Shown one piece after another: positions 13,160 through 27,779 of a stretch of 64,000 bases of DNA; the first letter of the stretch is position 1, and every line of letters begins with the position of its first letter. This DNA comes from Eledone cirrhosa (taxonomy: Eukaryota), in the NCBI GenBank assembly GCA_964016885.1, contig OZ024751.1, forward strand, positions 26,536,001-26,600,000, in the 5' to 3' direction. Below the pieces are notes generated by a model. The model was not told the origin of the DNA, searched no databases, and saw only the letters and a program-made list of their open reading frames with translations. A program made the translations under genes and the position numbers.

Positions 13160-13304
13160 CTACACACCAATCTGGACTTGGACCAATCATTGTGATGAGA
13201 GACAAGAATTGGTAATCTTTGTTGACTGTAAAGAGAGCTTGGTGGGAACCAAGTATGTTCCGCCACATCTGGGGTGTCTTTACAACTGTACGAATCTTTT
13301 TACT
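13160..13304 (-). CDS. SPON1: F-spondin-like exon (Spondin_N)
   Basis: SKKIRTVVKTPQMW...FLSLITMIGPSPDWCVG contains the PSPDW.VG motif; tttcag/gtaagg; 145 nt. Confidence 0.95.
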
Positions 13305-13354
13305 CTGAAACATTACAAACATTTACTATTAATAATAATAATAATAATAATAAT

Positions 13355-13538
13355 AATTGTTTCTACTTTAGGCACAAGGCCAGCAATTACCCAGTGCATT
13401 ACTGGTACTTTATTTTATCGACCCTGTAAGGATGAAAGGGAAAGTCAACCTCGGCGGGATTTGAACTCAGATCGTAAAGGGACGTAACTATGCTGGAAAG
13501 CATGGCGCCCGACCCTCTACCGATACTGCCAATCCACC
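13355..13538 (-). mobile_element. SINE family A copy
   Basis: Reverse complement of 1535-1711 with (AAT)n tail. Confidence 0.85.
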
Positions 13539-13952
13539 GATAATTAATAATAATAATAATGTTTTCTTTATTAACCACAAGGGTTCACATAAAGTAGACA
13601 TTAAGGACAGTACAGGACAATACAGGACGGTACAAATGGGCATTTCTGCGTGTAAAAAAACAGAGGTTGAAATAAAATAACAAAGAAAAATTCCCCAATA
13701 GGGGGGAGACTTCCAAGGGACATTTGTGGAGAAAGCCCATTAAAAGACCACAGTGGCCCTGACCACCAGGGCAAGTGCCCTCTCCCAGTTTTCCACCTTT
13801 AATTTACAGACACATACTCAGAGAAGGCCCATTCATTCGAATAATAACAATTATTATTATTATTAATTTTGTTGTTGTTGTCATCCTTATTATTGTTGAA
13901 TTGTTTATCTGAAACTATTAATGACATGCTTTGATATAGATCCCTAAAACTG

Positions 13953-14002
<50 letters not shown>

Positions 14003-14329
14003 CCAAGGAGTGTAATGTGGAGTTACTGTAGATTAACCCCGGTGAACACTCGATGTTTAGGTTCACGTCGGTATCGAGGGTACTGTGTTTAAATCTATTT
14101 ATAAGGCACCAATTATTATTTATAGTAATGCCTATTTTCCATAAAATAAAAGGTATTTAAATATTGCATAACATAACTTTTAAAATTTATTTAGAATATC
14201 TAAATACAGAAAGTAATAAAGAAACTAACAGAAAAATGTATTCTATAGAAATTCTAAAAATTTACAGAACTTCAGTTCATACAATGTTTTTAACTTCTTT
14301 CTTTGGAGCATTTATGAGGAGTTGATAGG

Positions 14330-14740
14330 GGCTTCCTTCTGGAATAATCTATATACAATTGACCAGGTGAGAAACAGCCCTCTTCTAGATGGAGACTGAC
14401 AACCTGCAGAGGTTGTCCTTGGGACTTGTTAATGGTCATTGTATAACTGACTCTCACTGGTAATTGCAATCATTTGAAACAAAAAGGGACATCTGTTAGT
14501 ATTAGCAATATTCTAGGTATAAATATGATGTCACCCTTACAACATCCAGTGAAGATCTTATCTTTGATAATGTGAGGCTGTAGCTCAGTCCCAACCATAC
14601 GTGTCCCATTGCACAATTATGACTGATCCAGGTTTCAGAGAAGCATGGTGACTGTGCCTTTCTTCAATTGAATGTTGTATGTCAACATACCAGATAGTTC
14701 CAGATTGTTGGGAAATACAGCTTCATCCTCGTTTATATGT
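14330..14740 (-). mobile_element. Decayed Helitron RepHel (PIF1-like helicase) fragment
   Basis: LL*NL..LCNGTR, IPRI, Q.PVR.SYTMTINKSQGQ, FSPGQLY motifs with in-frame stops. Confidence 0.88.
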
Positions 14741-16360
14741 CTGTTTATCTCCAGGGATTATTTGTGAGAGATTTTTGTTGATGGTATTTACTGTGATGTG
14801 AGAACTGCTCTTTCACACATCCACTCCTCGTTGGAATGGTGGATTGGGGTAGGTGGCAAGGATTACTCTTTCACACATCCACTCCTCATTGGAATGGTGG
14901 ATTTGGAAATTGGGGAACACTTAATTAAGTTTACAACAGTAAAAAATGTTGAAGGATCAAAACATACTTCAGTATCAAGAGATTGCACTATTGTAGATAT
15001 TTATGCATTATAAATTGAAAATTAACCTTGTCGAGACATGTGTACAATTTCTGGTAATGGAAATATGTGCTTTTGCCAATAATGGCAATGAAACTGGCAG
15101 GTTTTTCACTATTATTAACACCATATATTATATATACACACACATACACACACGTGTGTGTGTGTGTATGTACTGGAGGGAATGATACTTTGGAAGGTGA
15201 ACTTTTCTCCAGTCAGCAGCTGTATATAGAATATTTATCAACATTCAACCCAATAATTATAAAAAAGGGGTTTGAGAAGGGCACAGGAAGATATAGACAC
15301 ATATACACATAGAAGGAGAGGGACACATACACACATAGAAGGAGAGGGACACATACACACACACACAACACAATTACATATACATACATAGACATGTACA
15401 AGCAACTAGGTACATACACATCCTGAGACATATTGACAAACACACATATACATACATGCACGCACACATACATACACATATACAGACACACAGATATATT
15501 AAGACATGTAGAGACAGTCAGGCTGACAGACACTGTGTCACACATAAACATATATAGACAGAAACACACAGACATATAGATATACACAGACATATACACA
15601 CAGACATATACACACAGACATATAGATATACACAGACATAGATACACAGACATATACACACAGATATATAGATATACACAGACATATATACACAGACATA
15701 TACACACAGACATATAGATATACACAGACACATACACACAGACATAGACACACAGACATAGACACACAGACATAGACACACAGACATATACACACAGACA
15801 TATACACACAGACATATACACACAGATATATAGATACACACAGACACAGACACACAGACACATACACACAGACATATACACACAGACATATAGATATACA
15901 CAGACACACACACACAGACATAGACACACACAAATATGTAGCCTTGAGACTTTAGAAACTGGAAAGGGGAAATCTAGAATATTGCATCATGGGATTAATG
16001 GGTTAATGGGGTGGATTAGTGGTGAGGGTGGGAGATGTTGGAGAGAAGGGGGTATATGTATAAGAGGGAGGAGGAGAGTGTGGGGTGGAATACTGTCTGG
16101 GGTGTATGTCAGATACCCTGGGAAATGTTTGGGTAGATGTTGTTAGTGGTGGTGGTGGTGGTGGCGGCGGCAATTAGGGTATTGTTGTTGTTGTTGTTGG
16201 TGGGGATTGGGGGTGTTATTGTTATTGTTGTTGGTGGTAGCAATGGGTTTTTTTTTTAAAGGTGGCAGTAGTAGTGTTCTGTTGGTGACAGAGTGGCAGT
16301 GATAGGGTGACAGGGTGACAGGGTGGTAATGGGGATGGAGAGGTTTAGAGAATGAGAGAG

Positions 16361-16401
<41 letters not shown>

Positions 16402-16495
16402 TGGGGTGAGTGTGACTGTTTGCTGCAGCATAATATAGATACGGGGTAGGGCAAATGAGAATTATTATTATTATATATATATATATATTTATTTA

Positions 16496-16832
16496 TGCAC
16501 ATGGCTTAGTGGTTAGAGCATTGGCCTTGCAATTGAAAGGTTGAGAGTTCAATTCTCAGACCGAGTGATGTGTTGTTTCCTTGAGCAAGACACTTTATTC
16601 CACATTGCTCCAGTTTACTCAGCTGTAGAAATGAGATGATAGGGACTGGGGTCCCTATCATTCCACTGCAAAGTGGTCGTGGAGGTGCCACGGCAAAAAA
16701 GCACCCAGCACTCACTGTAAATGTGGTTGGTGTTAGGAAGGGCACCCAGCTGTAGAAATCAAGCCAGAATCAGTTCCCGTCCCACCCTTGCAAGCAGGGA
16801 AAAAGCGGACGTAAAATGAAATGATAATGATG
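16496..16832 (+). mobile_element. SINE family B copy
   Basis: Near-identical to 5559-5880. Confidence 0.85.
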
Positions 16833-17047
16833 AATGATTGTTATTATTATTTATTGCTATGAGGGAATTTAAAATGCGAAATCCTTGTAGAATTGTTAAA
16901 GGTGAGATACTACAATAATTACAACAATAATTACAACAGCAACCATGTTAACATAAACACCACCTCCATCAACAACAACCCACCTTCAACCCATTAAGAA
17001 CAACAAACTGCTGGGACCACCCCCTCCTCTTCTGAAATACTAAAGAC

Positions 17048-17576
17048 ATGTGATCTCCATGGTACTTACAACCACATGTGGTACTCTGGTGACCTCCACG
17101 GTCCTTACAACCACATGTGGTACTCTGGTGACCTCCATGGTACTTACAACCACATGTAGTACTCTGGTGACCTCCATGGTACTTACAACCACATGTAGTA
17201 CTCTAGTGGCTTCCATAGTACTTACAACCACATGTAGTACTCTGGTGACCTCCATGGTACTTACAACCACATGTAGTACTCTGGAGACCTCCATGGTACT
17301 TACAACCACATGTAGTACTCTGGAGACCTCCATGGTACTTACAACCACATGTAGTACTCTGGAGACCTCCATGGTACTTACAACCACATGTAGTACTCTG
17401 GTGACCTCCATGGTACTTACAACCACATGTAGTACTCTGGTGACCTCCATGGTACTTACAACCACATGTAGTACTCTGGTGACATCCATGGTACTTACAA
17501 CCACATGTAGTACTCTGGTGACCTCCATGGTACTTACAACCACATGTAGTACTCTGGTGACTTCCATGGTACTTAC
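17048..17576. repeat. 39-bp minisatellite, ~13 copies
   Basis: ctccatggtacttacaaccacatgtagtactctggtgac repeated. Confidence 0.95.
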
Positions 17577-17684
17577 TCCTCCTCTGTTACACTAAAGACA
17601 TGTAGTTGACTCCCAAAAGACCTATAAATCACATGCACTCTTCTGCTACACTAAACATGTATCATTAACATCCATTGTACTTAC

Positions 17685-17836
17685 ATGTGACCTCATCTCG
17701 GCCTCGAGGACATTAGATGCACCGTACTCACACACGTACTTCACTGCACGGGAGGCAAACTTGTCGTACTGCCAGATGTTGTAAGCTGAGCTGTGTGATG
17801 CACCAACTACATTGGACCAGTGCAACAGGTGTGTCT
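17685..17836 (-). CDS. SPON1: F-spondin-like exon (Spondin_N)
   Basis: THLLHWSNVVGASHSSAYNIWQYDKFASRAVKYVCEYGASNVLEAEMRSH; caacag/gtaagt; 152 nt; not in ORF track. Confidence 0.95.
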
Positions 17837-19084
17837 CTGTTGAGAGAGAGGGAGAGTTAGAGAGGGAGTGAAGGACAGGGGGAGAGTGAGAGCTCGAGAG
17901 GGAGGGTTAGAGAGGGAGAGAGAGTTAGATATAGAAGGAGTGAAGGACGGGGGAGGGTGAGAGCTCGAGAGGGAGGGTTAGAGAGGGAGAGAGATGATGA
18001 CATAATGTTGATGGTATAGTATTGGTCTGGTGGAGGTGGTGGTGGTTGTAGTGGTATTGGTGGTGGTGTGTTGGTAGTGGTGATGCTGGTGGTGGTGGTG
18101 GTGTGGGGTGGTGGTGATGGTAGTAGTATTGGTGGTGTGTTGGTAGGGTGATGGTATTGATGGTGGTGTGTTGGTGGTGGTGGTGGTGGTGGTGGTGATG
18201 GTAGTGGTGGAGGTGGTGTGTTGGTGGTGGTGTGTTGGTAGTGATGGTGGTGGCGTGTTGGTGGTGGTGACATGTTGGTGGTGGTGTGTTGGTAGTGATG
18301 GTGGTGGCATGTTGGTGGTGGTTTGTTGGTAGTGGTGGTGGTGTGTTGGTAGTGATGGTGGTGGCATGTTGGTGGTGGTTTGTTGGTAGTGGTGGTGGTG
18401 GCATGTTGGTGGTGGTGTGTTTGTAGTGATGGTGGTGGTGTGTTGGTGGTGGTGTGTTGGTAGTGATGGTGGTGGTGTGTTGGTAGTGGTGGTGGTGGTG
18501 TGTTGGTGGTGTGTTGGTGGTAGTGTGTTGGAAGTGGTGATGTTAGTGGTAGACCAATACATATAGCAATACATGTCTCATACATAAACAGACATTATGT
18601 CAGAAGTATTACATATAACTGTAGATCTGCTTAAAGAAGATTTATGACTAAAACTTCAAAATGTGAACTGAAAGTAATATGTCAGCTGAAATTAAGGTCA
18701 GAATAACCCAAGTGACATTTATAACTAAAGGTTAACATGTCATAAGTGTGGTTTATGACTGAAACTTCAAATGTCATAAGTGTTGGTTATGACCAAAGGT
18801 ATCCAATTTGGCTATGATCTCTGTCCTCTCATGACACCTATACGCCAGTAAAACATAACAATTATTGTTGACCTGGCATCAAATTTGACTGTCACCCCAT
18901 GACCTCTAGAGGTTCTAACATTTTTCATGTCACCCATTTGTCATATAAAATTGGTAACTTAGCAACAGATATATTAAAAGGAAATTTTATAATAATAATT
19001 TATACTACAGACTTCCAAAGGTAGGAATGTTATTACAGGTAAATTTAATTAATTAATTAAGAAGGCAATCAGTAGTAAACATAC

Positions 19085-19222
19085 GTTCTGGGAAATCCTT
19101 GGGGTGAGTTCTCCGAGACCAGAGACCTTTGAAGATCATTTTGTAGGTGACAGAATCACAGGAGCAACAACTTCCTTCCTGGTTGTCATTGACCATTTCA
19201 TCTTTTTGGTGTTTCTGGGAGT
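19085..19222 (-). CDS. SPON1: F-spondin-like exon (start of Spondin_N domain)
   Basis: CCSCDSVTYKMIFKGLWSRRTHPKDFP matches the CC.C..A.Y...F.G.WS..THPKD.P signature; tacag/gtatgt; 138 nt. Confidence 0.95.
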
Positions 19223-19257
19223 CTGTAGTCAGAGATAGAAAATATAGATAGACAGAT

Positions 19258-19292
<35 letters not shown>

Positions 19293-19319
19293 CACACACA
19301 CATATAAATATAAATTTAG

Positions 19320-20010
19320 GAAAGCGCTTCAAGATGTGTATGACGAAAAAGAAGACAAGTTAGAATTGTATGACATAGATGATAACTGGAATTTCTTACA
19401 TGACAACTTACTGCAGGCTACTGAAGAAACCTGTGGCTGGAGCAGAGCTCCAACCAGACAGAGAGTGACCTGGTGGTGGACCAGCACAGTAGATAGGGCC
19501 ATTGGAGACAAAAGACTAACATGGAAGGCTTGGAAAAAGGGTGGGAGTAGAGAAGGATATACAGCTGCTAAGAGAGAAGCTAGACATCAAGTGTACTTAG
19601 TACGCACGGAGGCTGAGAGTAGGAGGTTTGCCAATGTTCTGTGACGAGAAGATCAGAGACATGCAGTGTTCCACATTGCAAGGCAGTGTGTCAGTGTAAA
19701 TCAGGATGTTGTTGGAGATAAATGTGTCCGAAATGATGCAGGTGTACTTAGTATCACTGATGGTCAGAAAAAGAAGGCCTGGAAATGTCATTATGAGAGA
19801 CTGATGAATGTTGAGAATTAATGGGAGAGAGAGAAACTACCCCCCAGTAGACCCGACAGAAGGACCAGCTATTGAGATTGACGAATATAGGATCAAAGAG
19901 GCAATTAAGGAAATGAAAAGTGGTAAGGCCGCTGGACCATCAGGGATAGTTGCTGAGATGCTAAAGACATCAGGAGAAGTAGGAACTAAACTGGTTGCAT
20001 GCATCGTCAA
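19320..20010 (+). mobile_element. RTE-like LINE fragment (linker before RT)
   Basis: TWWWTSTVDRAI..KR..WKAWKKGGSRE.Y and AIKEMKSGKAAGPSGIVAEMLK; stops present. Confidence 0.8.
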
Positions 20011-20279
20011 ATGTCCACCCTTTACTACCATTCTGGTGTCCATTATACCACGTGATAATTCTCCCTCTCGAGAATGTTTCACTGGTAGTGGTCAGTTCAT
20101 TGAGAGAGTCTCTTGACAAGCCAATAACCTCATGGCCCCAGTGTACTTTAGTTGCACTTTGGTTGCATAACAATCAATGAAACTGCAATCAGGACTTTGA
20201 AGAAAAACTTAAGGTATATTTTTGTCTATTTGCTCTTCACACCAATAATTGTTTTATGTATAAATATAAATATATATAT

Positions 20280-20413
<134 letters not shown>

Positions 20414-21059
20414 TGATAATGTAAGTTAGCAGCCAACCCTTAATTTAACAGAGGGAAAGTCCTTAATTTCAACCCTCTGAATGGAAAGAAACAGCCCTTA
20501 AGTAAAAAATTTCGGAATAGGATATGAGCTCTAATTTTCAGTGTGGGAAATTTAAGAAGGAGGTAATCTATATTAATAACAAGTTAGGCAGAGAAGGGAG
20601 CAGTCCCTAATTTCAGTATTGAAGATTCAGAAAAGTCAGTGTAAAATAATAAACCTAATGGTTATTGGTGGTGGCAGGCCTCTTTATCAACATTGCAGAC
20701 AAAGAGGACAAGTCAATAAATTTGAAATTTGATAAAATAGAGCAGGGGTTAGATAAATAGACACTAAATTAACTTGTGCAGACACCAGAGTAGTGGAAGA
20801 GATTTAATTTGACTATTGTTGGCATGAGGGGAGGGATAGGACCTTAATTTAAGCAGTGCAGATAGAATAGAAGGAGAAGGATTCTAATTCCCCCAGTGCA
20901 GATATCACAGAGAGGCAAAGATCTTAATTTCAACAGTGCATATATAAAAGAAGGTAAAGGGTCAAATTTCAATGATGCAAGCTCAAGTGAGAGGGAAGGA
21001 ATCCTAATTCCCCAGTGCATACACCACAGAAGGGGAAGGAACTTAATTACAAAAGTGAT

Positions 21060-21640
21060 GGCTCAAGAGAGAGAGAAGGACCCTAGTTACAATAGTGTTG
21101 GCTCAAGAGAGAGGAAGGACCTTAGTTACAATAGTGTTGGCTCAAGAGAGAGAGAGGAAGGACTTTAGTTACAATAGTGTTGGCTCAAGAGAGAGGAAGG
21201 ACCTTAGTTACAATAGTGTTGGCTCAAGAGAGAGGAAGGACCTTAGTTACAATAGTGTTGGCTCAAGAGAGAGGAAGGACCTTAGTTACAATAGTGTTGG
21301 CTCAAGAGAGAGGAAGGACCTTAGTTACAATAGTGTTGGCTCAAGAGAGAGAGAGGAAGGACCTTAGTTACAATAGTGTTGGCTCAAGAGAGAGAGAGGA
21401 AGGACCTTAGTTACAATAGTGTTGGCTCAAGAGAGAGGAAGGACCTTAGTTACAATAGTGTTGGCTCAAGAGAGAGGAAGGACCTTAGTTACAATAGTGT
21501 TGGCTCAAGAGAGAGAGAGGAAGGACTTTAGTTACAATAGTGTTGGCTCAAGAGAGAGGAAGGACCTTAGTTACAATAGCGATGGCTGAAGGAAGGAAGA
21601 AAGGACCCTAATTACAATAGTGATGGCTGAAGGGAGTGGG
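21060..21640. repeat. 39/43-bp minisatellite, ~14 copies
   Basis: gaccttagttacaatagtgttggctcaagagagaggaag repeated, inside older degenerate units (20440-21860). Confidence 0.93.
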
Positions 21641-22088
21641 GAAGGACCCTAATTCCCCCAGTGTAGACATCAGAGAGGGAGAAAGATCTTAATTTCAACA
21701 GTGCATATATAAAAAAGAAGGGAAGTGATTTAATTTCAATAGGGCAGGCTGAAAAGAGACCCTAATTTCAATAGCGCAACTATACAGGAAGAAGAAGTCC
21801 GTTATTTTCAATAGTGGGGACAGAAGGGAAGCAGTAGGGGTTAGGGCTCCTATTTCAACACTGACATTATTTCATAGTATTTCATGGAATCCTTTCATCT
21901 TAGTTTTATGTATGCTCATTAAATTAAAGAATTGATAAGGGGGACATTTTGATGGGAGGGGTTGGTGTAGTGGTGGTGGTGGGCTGAAATGGTTCCCAGA
22001 CAACATACCAGAGTCAAGGAGACGTAGTTATATGCACATGTGTGTCTTTCTATATATCTATGTAAAAATAGGTGCATGTATGCATGTA

Positions 22089-22240
<152 letters not shown>

Positions 22241-22259
22241 TATATATATATACACACAC

Positions 22260-22322
<63 letters not shown>

Positions 22323-23156
22323 AGGCAGATGTAAAAGGATGATATATATATACATATATACACTAGTCTCTACATATATACACGCATACTTTATATATGT
22401 GATGAAACACACAACCAGGCCTGCAGGTGTGACATAAGGCAGCTGCCCCACGGCGGGAATTTGAAAGAATTTTACCAGGAGTAAATCATGATGGTGGGTA
22501 AGGGAAGTAGTGGTGTGAGGGAGGGGGGGGGTGATTGTTTGCAGTGGAGAAGATATCTCTGTGGTGTGTTGAAGGACAAGAAATCCTCCCCTCCTGAGTA
22601 GTTTATAACTACTACACCAACCCCCACCCCCTCCTGGGCAGTTTTTTTACTGCTACCCCCCTCCTGGGTAGTTTGTAACTACTACCCCCCCCCCTGAGTA
22701 GTTCGTAACTACTACCCCCCCTCCTCAATAAACACAATAACACACCACCACTATTGGATAACATAGTACTAAATATACATAGTCTGAAAAATGCCTTGGA
22801 TGGTCGCAGATGGATTGTCTTTGATCTTATGCCTGCTGGACCAGGGCTCACTCTGAGTTAACCACCGACAACAACAACAACACCACCACCACCACCACCA
22901 CCACCAATAACAATAATTTCTACTTTAGGCACAAGGCCTGCAATTTGGGGGGAGGGGAAAGTCGATTAAATCAACCCCAGTGCATTACTGGTACTTTATT
23001 TTATTGACCACGTAAGTATATGAAAGGCAAAGCTATCCTTGGTGGGATTTGAACTCAGATAACACTATGCTGCAAAGTATGGTGTCCAACGCTCCACCGA
23101 TTTTGCCAATCCAACGTCCTACCACCACTAATAACAATACGGAATCCTCCACTTAC

Positions 23157-23233
23157 AGTCTTCTTCACAGATGACTTTCGTTAAACCTCCATGGTCTCTG
23201 TACCAAGCATCAGCTCTTTCAATCACTGTGGCT
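23157..23233 (-). CDS. SPON1: F-spondin-like exon (end of Reeler domain)
   Basis: ATVIERADAWYRDHGGLTKVICEED resembles the F-spondin D.G.LTK.LCE motif; gacag/gtaagt; 77 nt, phase 2 to 1. Confidence 0.9.
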
Positions 23234-23252
23234 CTGTCATAGAAATGAAGAG

Positions 23253-23301
<49 letters not shown>

Positions 23302-24625
23302 CAATGTGCTAATAAATCAAATTAAAAGTTCAAGACATTTAATCCCTGACAATCGTTTCTTCCAACAGTAATATACCACAAACAGCAAGTTATTTTATTT
23401 AACAATTTGCTATTAGTTAGCACAAACCATAGGTGTCATCAGAGTTTAATTAAAATCCAAAATGATTTATACAATATCAATACAAATAATTCAAGAACAA
23501 CAGATAACATATATCACTTATCTAATTAAGTTGTAGGGTGTCAGATGTATACTTAAAGTGGCCAGTGGTCAACAGAGAGACAGTACACAAGGTGGGTGAC
23601 AGGCAGATGAAATATAGAAAAGATGGAAAGAGGTGGAGGACAAGGAGAAGTGACTGGAAGAAGGAAATAAAGAAAGATGGTGTACAAGACAAGTTTACAC
23701 ACACACATCTTCACCCTTGTAAATCTTGTCTGGTACATCACCTTTCTTCCGGTCACTTCTGTGTCTCAACACATTCTCCTTGTCAACACATTCTCCTTTT
23801 TGAGTCTTTTCTATACTTCATCTGCCTGTTACTCATCTTGTGGATTGTCTCTCTGTTGACCTCTGGCCACAGATATCTGTCCTCTGAGGCATTTTGTCCA
23901 TTGCTGTGTTTATATTCAAATACACTCTCGCTTCGTCTAATCAGAGACAACATTGTTTATATATATATAGTCATCATCATCGTTTAACGTCTAACTTCCA
24001 CGCTATCATGGGTTAGACGGGTTTGTCTCACTTGAGGCAAGTTAGGTTGGGTGACCGTGTCTCGCTCGTATAGGACTGTTTCTGGCTCGGTTTCAGTTAT
24101 ACCATTTACGTGGTTTTGTCTTTGCGTGCAATTGTTCTCCCCGATCCATAAAATGACGTATTATCTTCGTTTTTTCCCGTTCATTGCCAGAGAACGTCTC
24201 TATGAACCACCTAATAGAATATTAGTCTACAACTTCTTTTCTACCATAAACGTGGTTTTGTCTTTGCGTGTAATTGTTTTTCACTGCTCCAAATAATGAC
24301 GTATTATATTCGTTTTTCCTCCGGTTGCAACGTTTTTTTGAAATATTCATTTCTGCGTTCACAGATTGACTTTGTTAGTTTCAGAAGATCCCGTTAAGGG
24401 CGAAAGCAGCGATTCTTTGCTTAAACTTTAATCTGTTATTTTAATAAATATATATATATATATATCAAGTAAGTATGTTTTTAAACAGTGAGCAGGTTTG
24501 AAATTAGAAAATAGAATAGCTTTCACCGTATATTTGACTGAGGGTTCTAAACCCCATTATCAGGCTAAAATTCCTTTAGTCAAAAATACGGTGAAAGCTA
24601 TTATATATATATATATATGTACATA

Positions 24626-24695
<70 letters not shown>

Positions 24696-25079
24696 GTATC
24701 CCAAATAAATAACTAATAAATGATATATTTTAGTATAGATTTACATAAACATTGAAAACTTAGGTAAACAAACATAAACGTACATAAATATTTATGTCTT
24801 TGTATTAGACATAATTTGAACATATATTAATAATAATAACAATAATCACATTAAGAGAGAGAGAGAGAGTGACGGTGAGAGAGGGAGAGACAGTGAGAGA
24901 GGGAGACGGTGAGAGAGGGAGACGGTGAGTGAGAGAGTGAGAGAGAGTGAGAGAGGGTGAGAGTGGGGAAGAAGTGTTTAAAGTCTAAAATATTGGTTAA
25001 TTGGGATGTGAGAAAGATGAGATTTCAGAGCTCAATATCTTATGGAGGCTGATGTGAGACAGACAGACAGATATATATA

Positions 25080-25179
<100 letters not shown>

Positions 25180-25758
25180 GGATAGATAGATAGATAGATA
25201 ACTTAAAGGACAAATAGAGTGATTGATGGATAGACAAATATATCCCCTCCTCCTCCTCTCCCTCCTCCTCCCTCCTCATTATCATCATCATCATCAACAT
25301 TCTCACCATTGCCATCATCTCCATACAGCACCACAATCATCATTTTTATAATCTCCAGCACCATCACCTCTACACTCACATAGATGGATATATACATGTG
25401 TGGATGGATGGATAGGTAGGTAGAGAGAGAGAGAGAGGTAGATATGATAGACAGATAGGTAGATAGAGAGAGAGAGAGAGGTAGATAGATAGAGAGATAG
25501 AGATAGATAGAGAGAGAGAGGTAGATATGATAGACAGATAGGTAGATAGATAGAGAGAGGTAGATAGATAGGTAGATATGATAGACAGATAGGTAGATAG
25601 ATAGAGAGAGGTAGATAGATAGGTAGATAGATAGAGAGAGAGAGGTAGATATGATAGACAGATAGGTAGATAGATAGAGAGAGAGAGGTAGATAGATAGG
25701 TAGATAGATAGAGAGAGAGAGGTAGATATAATAGACAGATAGGTAGATAGAGAGGTAG

Positions 25759-25796
<38 letters not shown>

Positions 25797-25839
25797 GTAG
25801 ATATGATAGACAGATAGGTAGATAGATAGAGAGATAGAT

Positions 25840-26610
25840 ATGTTTCTTTATTAGCCAAAGGGGCACAAAAGAAGGGGACAAATACAAAGGGGGAAGTTTA
25901 CATACAATAAAAACGTGTAAAATATTATCACAAATGCATTTTAAAAATTAGTCGATTTTTCCCCAATAGGGGAGACAGTTCATATGGGTAACACATACCC
26001 CCGAAAAAAATGTGCAACCCTCATCTCCAGGAGTACGAATAGTTTGTACCCCTTTCCTCTCCTCCTTTTTTTCCTCAACCTACAGGCTGATATAGAGAGA
26101 AGGCCCATTCACTCGGGCCATTCTCGCCACTTTCACCCACCTTTCATAAAACTTGTTGGGGTGCAGCACCTCTCTCTCCATCCTGATTCTTCTTCCAAAG
26201 TCGTATTTGCCAGTCGCCCATTTTCCTCGGTCTTTTCTTGACCCAGGACTGCAGCTCGGTCAGCGAGACGAGTCGTAGGAAGGCTCGCCTCACAAACGGG
26301 GCCCACACCGGTTGTCCGGTGAGGAATACGTAGAGATGCCGCAGCCTGAGCGCGTGTTTGCACATCATCAGCCACGGCATCTGCAGCCCTCCGTTGGAAG
26401 GGTGTTGGCAGCAGATGGATCTTCTCACCAAAGGAGCCTGCCTCTTCCAAAGGAATTGGAAGAGCGCGCGCTCCGATTTGGCGAGCGTTTTGGCTGGACA
26501 AGGCACGACGGTCAAGCGGTAGTAGATGGCGGACGCTATAAAAGTGTTCGCCATCTCCGCTCGACCTTTCAAGGATAGTTTGCACTCGGCCCACTTTGGG
26601 TGAGTGCAAA
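25840..26610 (-). mobile_element. Tx1/L1-like LINE 3' fragment
   Basis: LSLKGRAE.AN.FIAS.IYYRL..., FLW....LVRRSICCQHP.NGGL.MP; related 3' end at ~13560-13845. Confidence 0.78.
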
Positions 26611-26753
26611 CATAGATAGATAGATAGATAGATAGAAATAACAGAATAACAGGTGCTTGGTTTGACATTTCAATAAAACTACGAGGAAAATGTTTAAAAC
26701 AAATATATTTGAATATATAAACACTTGTATGTTAGTGCATATATATATATATG

Positions 26754-26861
<108 letters not shown>

Positions 26862-27173
26862 CATAGATGTATGTGTATACTCATGTGGAAGAACGGACGT
26901 AAAACGGTGATGATATATATATATATATATATATATACATACATACACACACACACACACACATACACATATATATATGTATATTCACATACACATATAT
27001 GTATGTATATGTATATATACACACATATATATATATACTAAGTAATAAGACCCATTCTCCACAGGACATCATTATTAGCAAATTGTTCACTAAGAGTGGT
27101 TAACAAATATTCATATAAATTATTTGGGGCCCACAACACACACACACACACATACATACACACACAAAAACAT

Positions 27174-27207
<34 letters not shown>

Positions 27208-27779
27208 TTGTGTGTGTGTGGGTATATGTGTGTGTCTGTGTATGCATGTATGTATATATGTATATATACATACATATATGTGTATTTATATGTATATATT
27301 CACAGATATGTGTATATATATACGTATATATACACATATATATGTATATATATGTATATATACACATATATGTGTGTATATATATAATTGTATATATATA
27401 GACATATATATGTATATATATGTATATATAAATGTATATATACACATATATATGTGTATATATATGTATATATACACATATATGTATATGTGTATATATA
27501 AGTATATATACACATATATGTATATATATATATGTATATATATACATATATATGTATATATATGAATATATACATATATACATACATGTATATATATATA
27601 CATGTATATATGTATGCACACAACGACACACATATATACATATAATAATGACTGTTTAAATTGATGTGGAAACTCATAAACATTCTGATAAGAAATAAAA
27701 TGTAAGAAATGGGGGCTGGTGGGGATTGAACTCACATTCCTTACGTTTGAAATGTCTGATATTCTACTTCACTGCAGCA

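Noticed and set aside
24378-24450. CAGAAGA-UCCCGUUAAGGGC-GAAA motif, partly repeated at ~30865
   Set aside because: Core altered and no convincing stems I or III; at most a relic of a dispersed repeat
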